Shown here piece by piece: positions 1 to 7,591 of a DNA stretch of 60,758 nucleotides. Position 1 is the first letter of the stretch. Each line of letters opens with the position of its first letter. Origin of the DNA: Minisyncoccota bacterium (GTDB taxonomy: Bacteria; Patescibacteriota; Minisyncoccia; Phycocordibacterales; XYD1-FULL-46-19); contig JBAZMZ010000004.1 of assembly GCA_041649495.1 (NCBI GenBank), forward strand, positions 1 to 60,758, in the 5' to 3' direction. The translations under genes were made by a program, and so were the position numbers. The notes beneath the pieces are model-generated. The model saw nothing but the letters and a program-made list of their open reading frames with translations. It was not told the origin of the DNA and did not search any database.

Positions 1-1
1 T

Positions 2-112
2 CAAGAAGAATTAGATCAAATCCATGCCTTCTTGAACGACCGACCACGAAAGTGTCTTGGTTATTTTAGCGCCAATGAGTTATTATTAATTAACAGGGGG
101 TGTTCGGCTTGA
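2..112 (+). CDS. IS30-family transposase, C-terminal fragment (ORF enters from beyond the window start)
   Basis: Frame 2 reads QEELDQIHAFLNDRPRKCLGYFSANELLLINRGCSA followed by TGA at 110-112. The LNDRPRK-LG tail is typical of IS30 DDE transposase C-termini. Confidence 0.6.
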   Translation, partial: QEELDQIHAFLNDRPRKCLGYFSANELLLINRGCSA

Positions 113-120
113 GGGGTTAG
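100..120. mobile_element. Putative right terminal inverted repeat of the IS30-like element
   Basis: The reverse complement of GTGTTCGGCTTGAGGGGTTAG matches TTAACCTTTGAAGCCGAACAC at 60640-60660 in about 16 of 20 positions (TAACC....AAGCCGAACAC). Confidence 0.5.
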
Positions 121-250
121 GAGAGGGGTGCCTGCCTGTTTTCAGGTGTAGTATATAAACATTCTTTTGTCAAGCATACGTAATGTTTAAATACCTTTGC
201 AACACCCAGAGGTTCCAACTCACCCTCATGTATGTCCATTTATACTCCAA

Positions 251-277
251 AATAACCTTATATTATAAGGTTATTTT
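251..277. terminator. AT-rich hairpin just 3' of ssrA
   Basis: AATAACCTTATA/TATAAGGTTATT inverted repeat followed by a T run. It lies immediately downstream of the tmRNA CCA end on the minus strand. Confidence 0.6.
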
Positions 278-280
278 GGA

Positions 281-669
281 TGGTGGAGATGCCGGGAATC
301 GAACCCGGGTGCGGATAGGACTCTTTGATCAATCTATATGTTTAGATTATTTCCACCGCCGAAGCGGAATTTAAGTGGCTTAAGTCAGAAATAATCAAGA
401 GCTTAAGTAACCGAGTCTCTAAGTTTCGCCATTAAGCCGAGACGGTCTTAATGACTAACCCAAATGTATTATGCTCGGTTAGATCGTTTAGGTGACAATC
501 TAGCGAACACCAGCTTAAGCTAAAGCGAAGGCTGGAGAGAAATATGGCGAAGCCACGTTTCCCTTGTTAGATGTGTTGGCATTTAACAGTTTCTAGCCAG
601 TTTAAAGAGGAAGCTAGAACTCTACATACAAACCAAAGGGTAGACTACTCGTCGAAGCCAATCACCCCC
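281..669 (-). ncRNA. ssrA: tmRNA (SsrA)
   Basis: Minus-strand 5' end is GGGGGTGATTGGCTTCGACG. The 3' end is a tRNA-like CCGGGTTCGATTCCCGGCATCTCCACCA. An internal tag frame (580 down to 515) reads ANTSNKGNVASPYFSPAFALA then TAA. smpB is adjacent. Confidence 0.9.
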
Positions 670-760
670 ATTTTATTTAGTATTTAGGGCGCAGTATTTA
701 GGGATTAGGGTTAGTTTTTACCCCCCCCACATACTACATACTGATCCCGATATACTAGTT

Positions 761-1207
761 TTACAACGAACTCTTCAAATCGCGCGCGATGTCGCGCCCA
801 GATTCCTTCTTCTTGAGCGCCTCGCGTTTGTCGAATTTCTTCTTGCCCCGCGCGACCGCAATTTTGACCTTCAGGAACCTACTCTTATTATACACCGAAA
901 GCGGGATAATTGTCAATCCTCGTTGTTCACCCCGCGTCGCCAATTCAGCCAACTCCTTTTTCTTAAGCAAAAGTCGCCGAGTGCGATAGGGCTCATAATC
1001 GCCAATGATATTATTGGGTTGATAGGGCGGAATAAAAGCGCCCACGAGATAGGCCTCACCCCCGCGGATAATCACCCGCGCGCCTTCCAGCGACCCCTGC
1101 TTGCCCTTGAGCGATTTGACCTCACCCCCAAGAAGCTCGATCCCCGTCTCGTAGGTCTCCAGCCATTCGTAATTCAACCCCGCTTTTTTGTTTTCGATTA
1201 AATTCAT
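761..1207 (-). CDS. smpB: SsrA-binding protein SmpB
   Basis: MNLIENKKAGLNYEWLETYETGIELLGGEVKSLK... is the SmpB N-terminal signature. The track ORF extends to 1249, but the ATG at 1207 fits family length. Confidence 0.9.
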   Translation of the reverse strand: MNLIENKKAGLNYEWLETYETGIELLGGEVKSLKGKQGSLEGARVIIRGGEAYLVGAFIPPYQPNNIIGDYEPYRTRRLLLKKKELAELATRGEQRGLTIIPLSVYNKSRFLKVKIAVARGKKKFDKREALKKKESGRDIARDLKSSL

Positions 1208-1266
1208 TACCACAATCTTAACAAATCCAAGCTCGCCCGTAAAACTCATGGAGGTTAGACGCGTAT

Positions 1267-1294
1267 TTGACTTCAGGGTCTAGTCGTCTATAAT
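1267..1294 (+). promoter_or_regulatory. Near-consensus sigma70-type promoter
   Basis: TTGACT (1267-1272), 16-nt spacer, TATAAT (1289-1294). It sits about 150 nt upstream of the ATG at 1444. Confidence 0.5.
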
Positions 1295-1443
1295 GCGATT
1301 AGAGAATGGTTGGCTTGTGCCAAGGGGGATAGAATTTCTCCCGTTTCGTCGACAGTATCGGCGAGATTCGTTCGCGCATAGAAATTGCGCACTGTGTACC
1401 TTGTGTCGAATGGTTGGGTCAACAACTCATAGGAGAGAAAAAC

Positions 1444-2553
1444 ATGTATGACCTGGCACAACTCGAACAAGCGGGGTTTAAATTCACCCCGCTGGAAAGA
1501 TTGGTCTTTGAGAATCCAAGTTTCCAGTTCCTCTGCATGAGGGGCTGGCCAATCAAGTGGGGCGAAATCACCACGGGATTGGCTACCAAAGCGGGCAGAG
1601 ATTGCTTTTATCGAAAGGACGTGAGTTTCCAGCCGGCCGAGACAGAAAAGCTTTCGCCCCATGGAGCGGGAATCTGTTTCGACGAGGTCCAGTCTCATCT
1701 CAGAAGTATCATCGTTCTGACAGCCAAGGTGGCACGAGACGCTTCAGCGAATGTTTTTGATCGGATGCTGGTAGAGGATCTCAATCTCTGGCTGAGTGGA
1801 ATGGGCATCGCCCTTTGTGGAGAATTATTCCGTTGGGCGAGGTTTGAACAAGAACACCGGGAGAAACTAGCACGAGAAGCAAGAGTGGCGGAAGTCGCTA
1901 TTCTTTCTCGAGGCTACGCCAATGTCGTAGTTCTACTTCTTGGCAAGCTCGCTCGGGAAGAGAGACAGGCCGTCCGTGAGACCCTAGAAGCCGACTGCCT
2001 AAAACGAGGAGTATTTCGCGAGGGTGACAGGTATGCTCAGTATTACCACTTGCCACGACCAAAATGCATGTGGTGCAACGGAGAGGCAGGAAGATCCGGC
2101 GGTCAGCATTGTGGTAGTTTCGGTTCCGTTGTGACGATCGATTGTGGCGACGTGCAAACGATAATCAGGAGCCTTCCCTCTGATGTCCGGCGAATCGTCA
2201 AACCTGTTCGTTTCCGGGTGCCCAAGAGCACTTTCTCGGATCGGTTTGTACCGTGTGTCGGCAATGGTTTGCTCCCGCAGTTTGCCGTTTTCTCGCTCGC
2301 CAAGCTTTCCAAAGAGGAGCAACAACAGCTCGGAACCGAGCTTGAAGACGGCCTACGAAAGGATCAACGGAGTTTTGGTCCTGGGTATAATGACTGTCGA
2401 GTCATTATACCCCAGGGACGACAGAAACTCAACGCCTTGTTACTCGCCGGGACAATTGCCACCTGGAGCACCTGGAATCACCCCATCAAGGACGAAGGGC
2501 TCTTGTGCAGATTACTTGGGGAGAGGAAGGTATGGGTTGACCTCGTCGAGTAG
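1444..2553 (+). CDS. Hypothetical protein (369 aa), visibly G+C-richer than its neighbours
   Basis: Long ORF. The ATG at 1444 is preceded by AGGAGAG, and a hairpin follows the stop. I recognise no family motif. Confidence 0.6.
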   Translation: MYDLAQLEQAGFKFTPLERLVFENPSFQFLCMRGWPIKWGEITTGLATKAGRDCFYRKDVSFQPAETEKLSPHGAGICFDEVQSHLRSIIVLTAKVARDASANVFDRMLVEDLNLWLSGMGIALCGELFRWARFEQEHREKLAREARVAEVAILSRGYANVVVLLLGKLAREERQAVRETLEADCLKRGVFREGDRYAQYYHLPRPKCMWCNGEAGRSGGQHCGSFGSVVTIDCGDVQTIIRSLPSDVRRIVKPVRFRVPKSTFSDRFVPCVGNGLLPQFAVFSLAKLSKEEQQQLGTELEDGLRKDQRSFGPGYNDCRVIIPQGRQKLNALLLAGTIATWSTWNHPIKDEGLLCRLLGERKVWVDLVE

Positions 2554-2570
2554 TCGACAGTTTTTCATTT

Positions 2571-2601
2571 ACGGGCTCACGGACATTGTTCGTGAGCCCG
2601 T
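2571..2601 (+). terminator. GC-rich hairpin after the 369-aa ORF
   Basis: ACGGGCTCACG gacattgtt CGTGAGCCCGT. Confidence 0.55.
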
Positions 2602-2669
2602 CGTTATTTAGAATAAGATATCGATTTTGGCTTTACTCCTTTCCCTAGGCTTGCTATTATACCCTTATC

Positions 2670-3188
2670 TTGTATCAGCCACCGATTAGAATCAATAATC
2701 AAATTCGCGCCCGAGAACTCCGCGTTATCGACGAGGAAGGTCAGATTCTTGGAGTTTTGTCGTTTGCCGAGGCCATCAATAAAGCGCGCGAATTAGACAC
2801 GGACCTGATTGAAATCTCCCCCAACGCTGTCCCGCCGGTCGCCAAGATTATGGACTTCGGCAAATATCAATATCTAGAACAAAAGAAGCAAAAACAGGCC
2901 AAGGGCACGACGGGGAGTGAAACCAAGATTTTGCAGGTCAAGATTGGTACCGGCGGACACGATTTAGAGCTTAAGGCGAAAAAAGCGTCCGAATTCCTCA
3001 AGGATGGCCATCGGGTCAAAATCGACCTTTTTCTCCCCGGTCGCGCTAAGTATCTCGACCCCAATTTCTTAAAAGAGCGCTTAGACCGAATTTTGGCCTT
3101 AGTCAGTGAAGACTTCCGATTGGCCATCCCAGCCCAAAAGAGCCCCAAGGGCATGACCGTAATTATCGAGCGAGGTGGACAAAAATAG
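2670..3188 (+). CDS. infC: Translation initiation factor IF-3
   Basis: INNQIRARELRVIDEEGQILGV...DLIEISPNAVPPVAKIMDFGKYQY matches IF-3. It has a non-ATG (TTG) start, as is common for infC, and is followed by rpmI-rplT. Confidence 0.95.
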   Translation: MYQPPIRINNQIRARELRVIDEEGQILGVLSFAEAINKARELDTDLIEISPNAVPPVAKIMDFGKYQYLEQKKQKQAKGTTGSETKILQVKIGTGGHDLELKAKKASEFLKDGHRVKIDLFLPGRAKYLDPNFLKERLDRILALVSEDFRLAIPAQKSPKGMTVIIERGGQK

Positions 3189-3217
3189 TCTTTTATAGTA
3201 AGCTAGCTATTACGGGT

Positions 3218-3312
3218 ATGAATCCCGTTAGAGGTCGCGATCGCCCCGGGTAGAGGGTAAATCGTGGCCTAAAGTATTATTGTTTTAATCGCGATCTACC
3301 TCTAACGGGATG
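3218..3312 (+). promoter_or_regulatory. Hairpin leader with 11-codon uORF that occludes the rpmI start codon
   Basis: The uORF at 3218-3253 encodes MNPVRGRDRPG. The arm ATCCCGTTAGAGGT (3222-3235) pairs with ACCTCTAACGGGAT (3298-3311). The rpmI ATG is at 3310. A second copy lies upstream of pilB. Confidence 0.6.
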
Positions 3313-3495
3313 AAAACCAACAAATCTTTAGCCAAAAGAATCAGAATTACCAAAACTGGCAAAATGCTGGTGCGCAGTTCTGGTCAAAATCACTTCAACG
3401 CCAAAGAGAGCCGTTCAACCCAAATGAAGAATAAGCGGGGGCGTTCGATCACTATGTCCAAGAATGAGGTTGGACGCTATTTTGGTGGGAAATAA
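3310..3495 (+). CDS. rpmI: Ribosomal protein bL35
   Basis: MKTNKSLAKRIRITKTGKMLVR...; it sits in the infC-rpmI-rplT context. Confidence 0.95.
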   Translation: MKTNKSLAKRIRITKTGKMLVRSSGQNHFNAKESRSTQMKNKRGRSITMSKNEVGRYFGGK

Positions 3496-3514
3496 AATAA
3501 TAAAATAATTTATC

Positions 3515-3862
3515 ATGAGCCGAATCAAAAGAGGAACAATTTCAATGAAGCGTCGTCGCAACGTCCTGAAGGACACCAAGGGTTATCGTTTTGGTCGTAG
3601 CACCAAAGAGCGTGAGGCCAAAGTGGCCATCACCAAGGCCGGCGTTTACGCCTACACTCACCGACGCGATAAGAAGGCCGTTTTTCGTGGTCTCTGGCAA
3701 ACTCGCCTCTCGGCCGGTCTCGCTCCTTTCGAAATTTCTTATAGCAAATTCATGGGCGCCCTGAAGAAAAAAGGTGTTCTCCTCAACCGCAAAATGCTCG
3801 CCGACCTCGCCGCCACCGAACCTCAAGTTTTCGAAGCGATTGTGAAGTTGGTTAAAGAATAA
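3515..3862 (+). CDS. rplT: Ribosomal protein bL20
   Basis: MSRIKRGTISMKRRRNVLKDTKGYRFGRS... is a canonical L20 N-terminus. Confidence 0.95.
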   Translation: MSRIKRGTISMKRRRNVLKDTKGYRFGRSTKEREAKVAITKAGVYAYTHRRDKKAVFRGLWQTRLSAGLAPFEISYSKFMGALKKKGVLLNRKMLADLAATEPQVFEAIVKLVKE

Positions 3863-3865
3863 CTT

Positions 3866-4132
3866 CTAGTTTTTGTAGACATCGTGATCACCAATCGCCA
3901 AGAGATTAACTTCTTTCTTTTTGTTGCTGTACGAAAAAACAATTCTGAAATTGTAATTCACTGAAAAACTATATCTGCCTTCAAATGGCCCACTCAATTT
4001 ATGAACCCGTAATGTTTTATGATTTGAAACATCCCTGAACATTTCAATCTTCTCCCAAACCTCTTCTTTCAGATTCTCGCCTAACTTTTTAAATTGCCGA
4101 ACAAAAATGGGAGCGTAGACAAATTTTCGCAT
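3866..4132 (-). CDS. RelE/ParE-superfamily toxin
   Basis: 88 aa. The sequence ...HKLSGPFEGRYSFSVNYNFRIVFSYSNKKKEVNLLAIGDHDVY is a RelE/YafQ-like pattern. It lies 3 nt after an RHH partner gene. Confidence 0.75.
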   Translation of the reverse strand: MRKFVYAPIFVRQFKKLGENLKEEVWEKIEMFRDVSNHKTLRVHKLSGPFEGRYSFSVNYNFRIVFSYSNKKKEVNLLAIGDHDVYKN

Positions 4133-4135
4133 AAT

Positions 4136-4357
4136 TTACTTAATCTTTTTAGCTAATTCTCTTAAATCTCCCCGAAGACCCTTCCCTTCCTTTATCTCTC
4201 TTTCAGCCCGCAAAACAGTCTCAACGGCCTCTTCCTCTGACAAGCGAGCAATGGCTCGGCGAATAACGTCAGCTTTATTAGAGCCATAACCAGATTTAAC
4301 TAAATTATTGACGGCCAGCTCCAAATGAGCCGGCAAGGGAACAGAGATAGTAGTCAT
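4136..4357 (-). CDS. Ribbon-helix-helix (CopG/ParD-like) antitoxin
   Basis: 73 aa. MTTISVPLPAHLELAVNNLVKSGYGSNKADVIRRAIARL is an RHH motif. It sits upstream of the toxin. Confidence 0.7.
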   Translation of the reverse strand: MTTISVPLPAHLELAVNNLVKSGYGSNKADVIRRAIARLSEEEAVETVLRAEREIKEGKGLRGDLRELAKKIK

Positions 4358-4431
4358 AGTATTTTGCCTAAACTTCTAATACCTACTACAATATCATATG
4401 ATAATATAATACGCAAGCATTACCCCCCTTC

Positions 4432-5088
4432 CTACCCCCTAATATCATTCCCCGTGCCGGTGTATTTGACCTTAACGGCTTTGAGTAGGCCGTCTTTTTC
4501 GACTTCGGCTTTGTCTTTTTCGACGAGCTCAATAATACGGGCAATGAGATTTTTCGGGTCTTGATCAAAAACAATTTTGGGGTTCGGTCGATGACCGTGT
4601 TCGATGATGCCTTTCAAGGTTTCGTCCATTTCCCAATCACCCTCTAAAATACCGATGGGTTTATTATCTTCAAACGCCACGGTAAATTCATGAATCGTAC
4701 CAATGCGCCCACAACCAAGAACCACCGCGTCCGAAGTGCGGGTCAGCAAAATATCGCGCCCGGGAAAACCCTGACCAGTGTAGATAATAGTATCAAGATA
4801 ATCGAGCGGAAGGCCCCAATCTTCAACATGCTCTTTCTCGGTCGCCGCCGGTGATAAACCAATCGAAGTGCCACCGGCCTCTTTGGCCCCCATGGCCGAC
4901 CATAATGGCCAACCGGTCGTGGCGCCCGTCACAATAATCCCCCCTTGTTTGATAATTTGCCGACCCAATTCTTTAGCAATCTCAAGAGCGTTCTCGCCAC
5001 AATGAGTGGTATCGGCCGCGCCCGAAACGCAAATTTTTACTTTCTGATGCTCGTTGCGCAAAGCGCTTAATTGGTCGTTGTTGTTCAT
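4432..5088 (-). CDS. TIGR00725/LOG-like (SLOG) Rossmann-fold protein
   Basis: ICVSGAADTTHCGENALEIAKELGRQIIKQGGIIVTGATTG...GGTSIGLSP...VVLGCGRIGTIHE. The track start at 5112 is TTG; the ATG at 5088 is more likely. Confidence 0.7.
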   Translation of the reverse strand: MNNNDQLSALRNEHQKVKICVSGAADTTHCGENALEIAKELGRQIIKQGGIIVTGATTGWPLWSAMGAKEAGGTSIGLSPAATEKEHVEDWGLPLDYLDTIIYTGQGFPGRDILLTRTSDAVVLGCGRIGTIHEFTVAFEDNKPIGILEGDWEMDETLKGIIEHGHRPNPKIVFDQDPKNLIARIIELVEKDKAEVEKDGLLKAVKVKYTGTGNDIRG

Positions 5089-5142
5089 GTTTTTTAATAA
5101 TTCAAATTTCAAAGCGCAAACTTCAAAATTTCAATTCAAAAA

Positions 5143-5541
5143 TTAAAACTTCTTACTTTTTAATGTCACCACACTTTTTGCTAACATATTTGATAATTCT
5201 TCAACCTCTTTTAAAAGATCCTCAACCTCTCTTTCACTAGCTAATTTAGCATCTTTGAGTAAACATAGCCAGTACTTACATTCATTAGCACTTTTTAGGG
5301 CAATCTCAAAAAATTTCTTAAATTCTAACCTTGAACTTGACGCTCTGGCCTCAACTTGATTAGCTCCGATTGAAGTGGCAGCTCTTATTAATTGGTTAGC
5401 AATAATTTGAGCACTCTTCTTATTGGGCAGACAATCCATTAAGTTTATAACCCGTAAAGACAATTTATAAGATCGGGCAACCAGTGTTTCACCTTTTAAC
5501 TTTGCGCTGAAATTTTGCATTTTGAAATTTGATCTTTGCAC
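5143..5541 (-). CDS. Four-helix-bundle protein (23S rRNA intervening-sequence protein family)
   Basis: QLIRAATSIGANQVEARASSSRLEFKKFFEIALKSANECKYWL matches the TIGR02436-type pattern. Confidence 0.75.
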   Translation of the reverse strand: MQRSNFKMQNFSAKLKGETLVARSYKLSLRVINLMDCLPNKKSAQIIANQLIRAATSIGANQVEARASSSRLEFKKFFEIALKSANECKYWLCLLKDAKLASEREVEDLLKEVEELSNMLAKSVVTLKSKKF

Positions 5542-5544
5542 TAG

Positions 5545-6921
5545 TTACAATTCAATTTCGGCGACTTCACCAACTTCGGGGAATCTAGCGTTAACCCCCA
5601 AATAATCTCGCAGGCGTTGAGCCAGAAACATCGCCGACTTCGGCTCGCCCATCGCCACAAATACTTCTTGGACTGTGTCTTTGGTGTCATCAACAAATTG
5701 CAAGAGATGGTCAGAATCTTTGTGGGCCGAATAACCGCTAATACTGGCGATCTTCGCCCGAACAGCAATTTCTTCGCCCATGATTTTAACCGTTTTAACA
5801 CCATCTTGGAGCATCCGACCCAAGCTCCCGGCTTGCTGATAGCCAACCAGAAGCAAAGTGCTCTTGGGATCTGACAAATAATTTTTTTCGTGATGGATAA
5901 TTCGTCCACCCGTCGACATCCCCGAGCCAGCGATAATAATCTTTTTAGGATTAGACCGCAGAATCGCCTTGGATTCGTCGGTGCTTAAAGTCTCATGTAA
6001 TTGAGCAAAATGGAAAATTTTGTTATTTGCCTGCTCAATTTCTAATCGCACCGCATCATTAAGATATTTAGCATATTTTTTGTAAACCGCGGTCACGCCA
6101 ATCCCCATCGGTGAGTCAAGAAAAACCGGAACCAGCGGAATGCGTGACTCTTCCATCATATTTTCAATTTCAAATAAAATTTCTTGAGTCCGCTCAATCG
6201 AGAAAGCGGGAATCATTAAGGTTCCGCCTGCCTTAACTGTGTCCTCAATTGCATCCTCAAGCAAATTACGTCGTTGCGAGCGATCTTCATGATTGCGGTC
6301 ACCATAGACACTCTCCATCACTAAGTAATTGGCATCATTGATTTTCTCGGTATCATGGAGCAAGGGCGAAGGCGAATTACCCAAGTCTCCCGTAAAGACC
6401 AACCGACGATCTCCCCGCGCAAATTCATACATCGTCGAACCCAAAATATGGCCCGCATCCTTAAGCGTCACTCTTAAACCTTCCTCCAAATTAACCGTCT
6501 CGTGATATTCGGCCGTTTGCCACATCGCCATCGCTTGATTTAAATCATCTCGACTAAAAAATGGTTCGGCGTTATCGCCATTTTCTTTTTTAAATAAATT
6601 AAGACTATCGGCCAAAGCGATCTCGGCAATTTCTTTGGTCGGTAGTGTCGAATAAATCACCCCCCGAAAACCGTCTCGAACCAATTTGGGGATCCGGCCA
6701 ATATGATCAAGGTGGGCATGAGTGACAAATAAATAATCAATCATCTTGGGGTCATAAGCAAAGTTTTCCGTATTTTTTTCGTCAAAGGCTTTATTGCCTT
6801 GGAAAAGTCCACAATCAACCAAAATCTTTAAGCCCGAGGGCCCGTCAGTTAATAGAAAATTCGCCCCGGTCACCTCGCCGACGCCTCCGTAGAAACTTAT
6901 GGTTGTTTTTTGATTCGCCAT
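5545..6921 (-). CDS. MBL-fold beta-CASP ribonuclease-like hydrolase
   Basis: LVDCGLFQG...YLFVTHAHLDHIGRIP (HxHxDH) plus beta-CASP-type C-terminal motifs (GYSAHKD). Confidence 0.85.
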   Translation of the reverse strand: MANQKTTISFYGGVGEVTGANFLLTDGPSGLKILVDCGLFQGNKAFDEKNTENFAYDPKMIDYLFVTHAHLDHIGRIPKLVRDGFRGVIYSTLPTKEIAEIALADSLNLFKKENGDNAEPFFSRDDLNQAMAMWQTAEYHETVNLEEGLRVTLKDAGHILGSTMYEFARGDRRLVFTGDLGNSPSPLLHDTEKINDANYLVMESVYGDRNHEDRSQRRNLLEDAIEDTVKAGGTLMIPAFSIERTQEILFEIENMMEESRIPLVPVFLDSPMGIGVTAVYKKYAKYLNDAVRLEIEQANNKIFHFAQLHETLSTDESKAILRSNPKKIIIAGSGMSTGGRIIHHEKNYLSDPKSTLLLVGYQQAGSLGRMLQDGVKTVKIMGEEIAVRAKIASISGYSAHKDSDHLLQFVDDTKDTVQEVFVAMGEPKSAMFLAQRLRDYLGVNARFPEVGEVAEIEL

Positions 6922-7340
6922 ATAAATGAAGTTATGAATAAAATTGCTGAAGTTAAGGCCCCAATCAGGTCAAATAATAAATCGTGCAATGAGCCTCGCC
7001 AACCAGTATACAACATATCCAGCGTTTTTAATTCAACTCGCGCCACATAAATCTTATCGGCCGTAAATTCGAAAAATTCCCAAACTAAACCAATGATTAA
7101 AGCTCCCAAAATACTCGTCAAAATAATCTCTTCGCCCCGAACCTCTTTCCAATCCTGATAAAAAAAGAACAGGTAAATTTGGATGGCCACTAAACCAGCC
7201 AAAAGTCCACCCGCAAAATGCATGGGTTGATCAAACCAGCGCCAACGCCAATACCAAAAGTTTTTAAAGGCCAAAAAATCCAGTACCGTCACCAAGACCA
7301 GCAAAATCAAACTAAAACTGAAAAAACCTTTGAACTTCAC
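6897..7340 (-). CDS. Hypothetical polytopic membrane protein
   Basis: 147 aa with about four hydrophobic segments. It has a GTG start preceded by GGGAG and overlaps the downstream gene by 25 nt. Confidence 0.55.
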   Translation of the reverse strand: MKFKGFFSFSLILLVLVTVLDFLAFKNFWYWRWRWFDQPMHFAGGLLAGLVAIQIYLFFFYQDWKEVRGEEIILTSILGALIIGLVWEFFEFTADKIYVARVELKTLDMLYTGWRGSLHDLLFDLIGALTSAILFITSFIWRIKKQP

Positions 7341-7385
7341 AATACTCCCATTTTACCCTATTTCCCCTCCCCCCGCCAGCCAAGC

Positions 7386-7409
7386 AAAAACCGCCCACGA
7401 GGGACGGTT
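7386..7409 (-). terminator. Rho-independent terminator/attenuator hairpin
   Basis: The minus strand reads CCGTCCC tcgt GGGCGG then TTTTTG. The one non-Watson-Crick pair is G-U only on the minus strand. Confidence 0.6.
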
Positions 7410-7591
7410 CTGGCTAGGTCATTTAGAGAAGATATCCCTAGAAAATTCTAGGTGGGTGCTCGCAACGATCCACCACGGCGAATCGCAATTAAAGCTCCCT
7501 GATATATTTTATTAGACTAAGAATATTTCCTAAACAACCTAATTTTATTATATCCTTCGCTCCCAGCAAGTCCACCCTACTAAAAGGTGGA

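Noticed and set aside
1288-1698. 136-aa minus-strand ORF overlapping the start of the 369-aa orphan gene
   Set aside because: It has no SD or promoter context and overlaps the better-supported plus-strand unit (promoter, SD, terminator).
5541-5909. 122-aa minus-strand ORF overlapping the 3' end of the MBL/beta-CASP gene
   Set aside because: It is an alternative frame of a well-supported gene. Its sequence is atypical (Cys/Trp/Arg-rich) and it has no independent signals.
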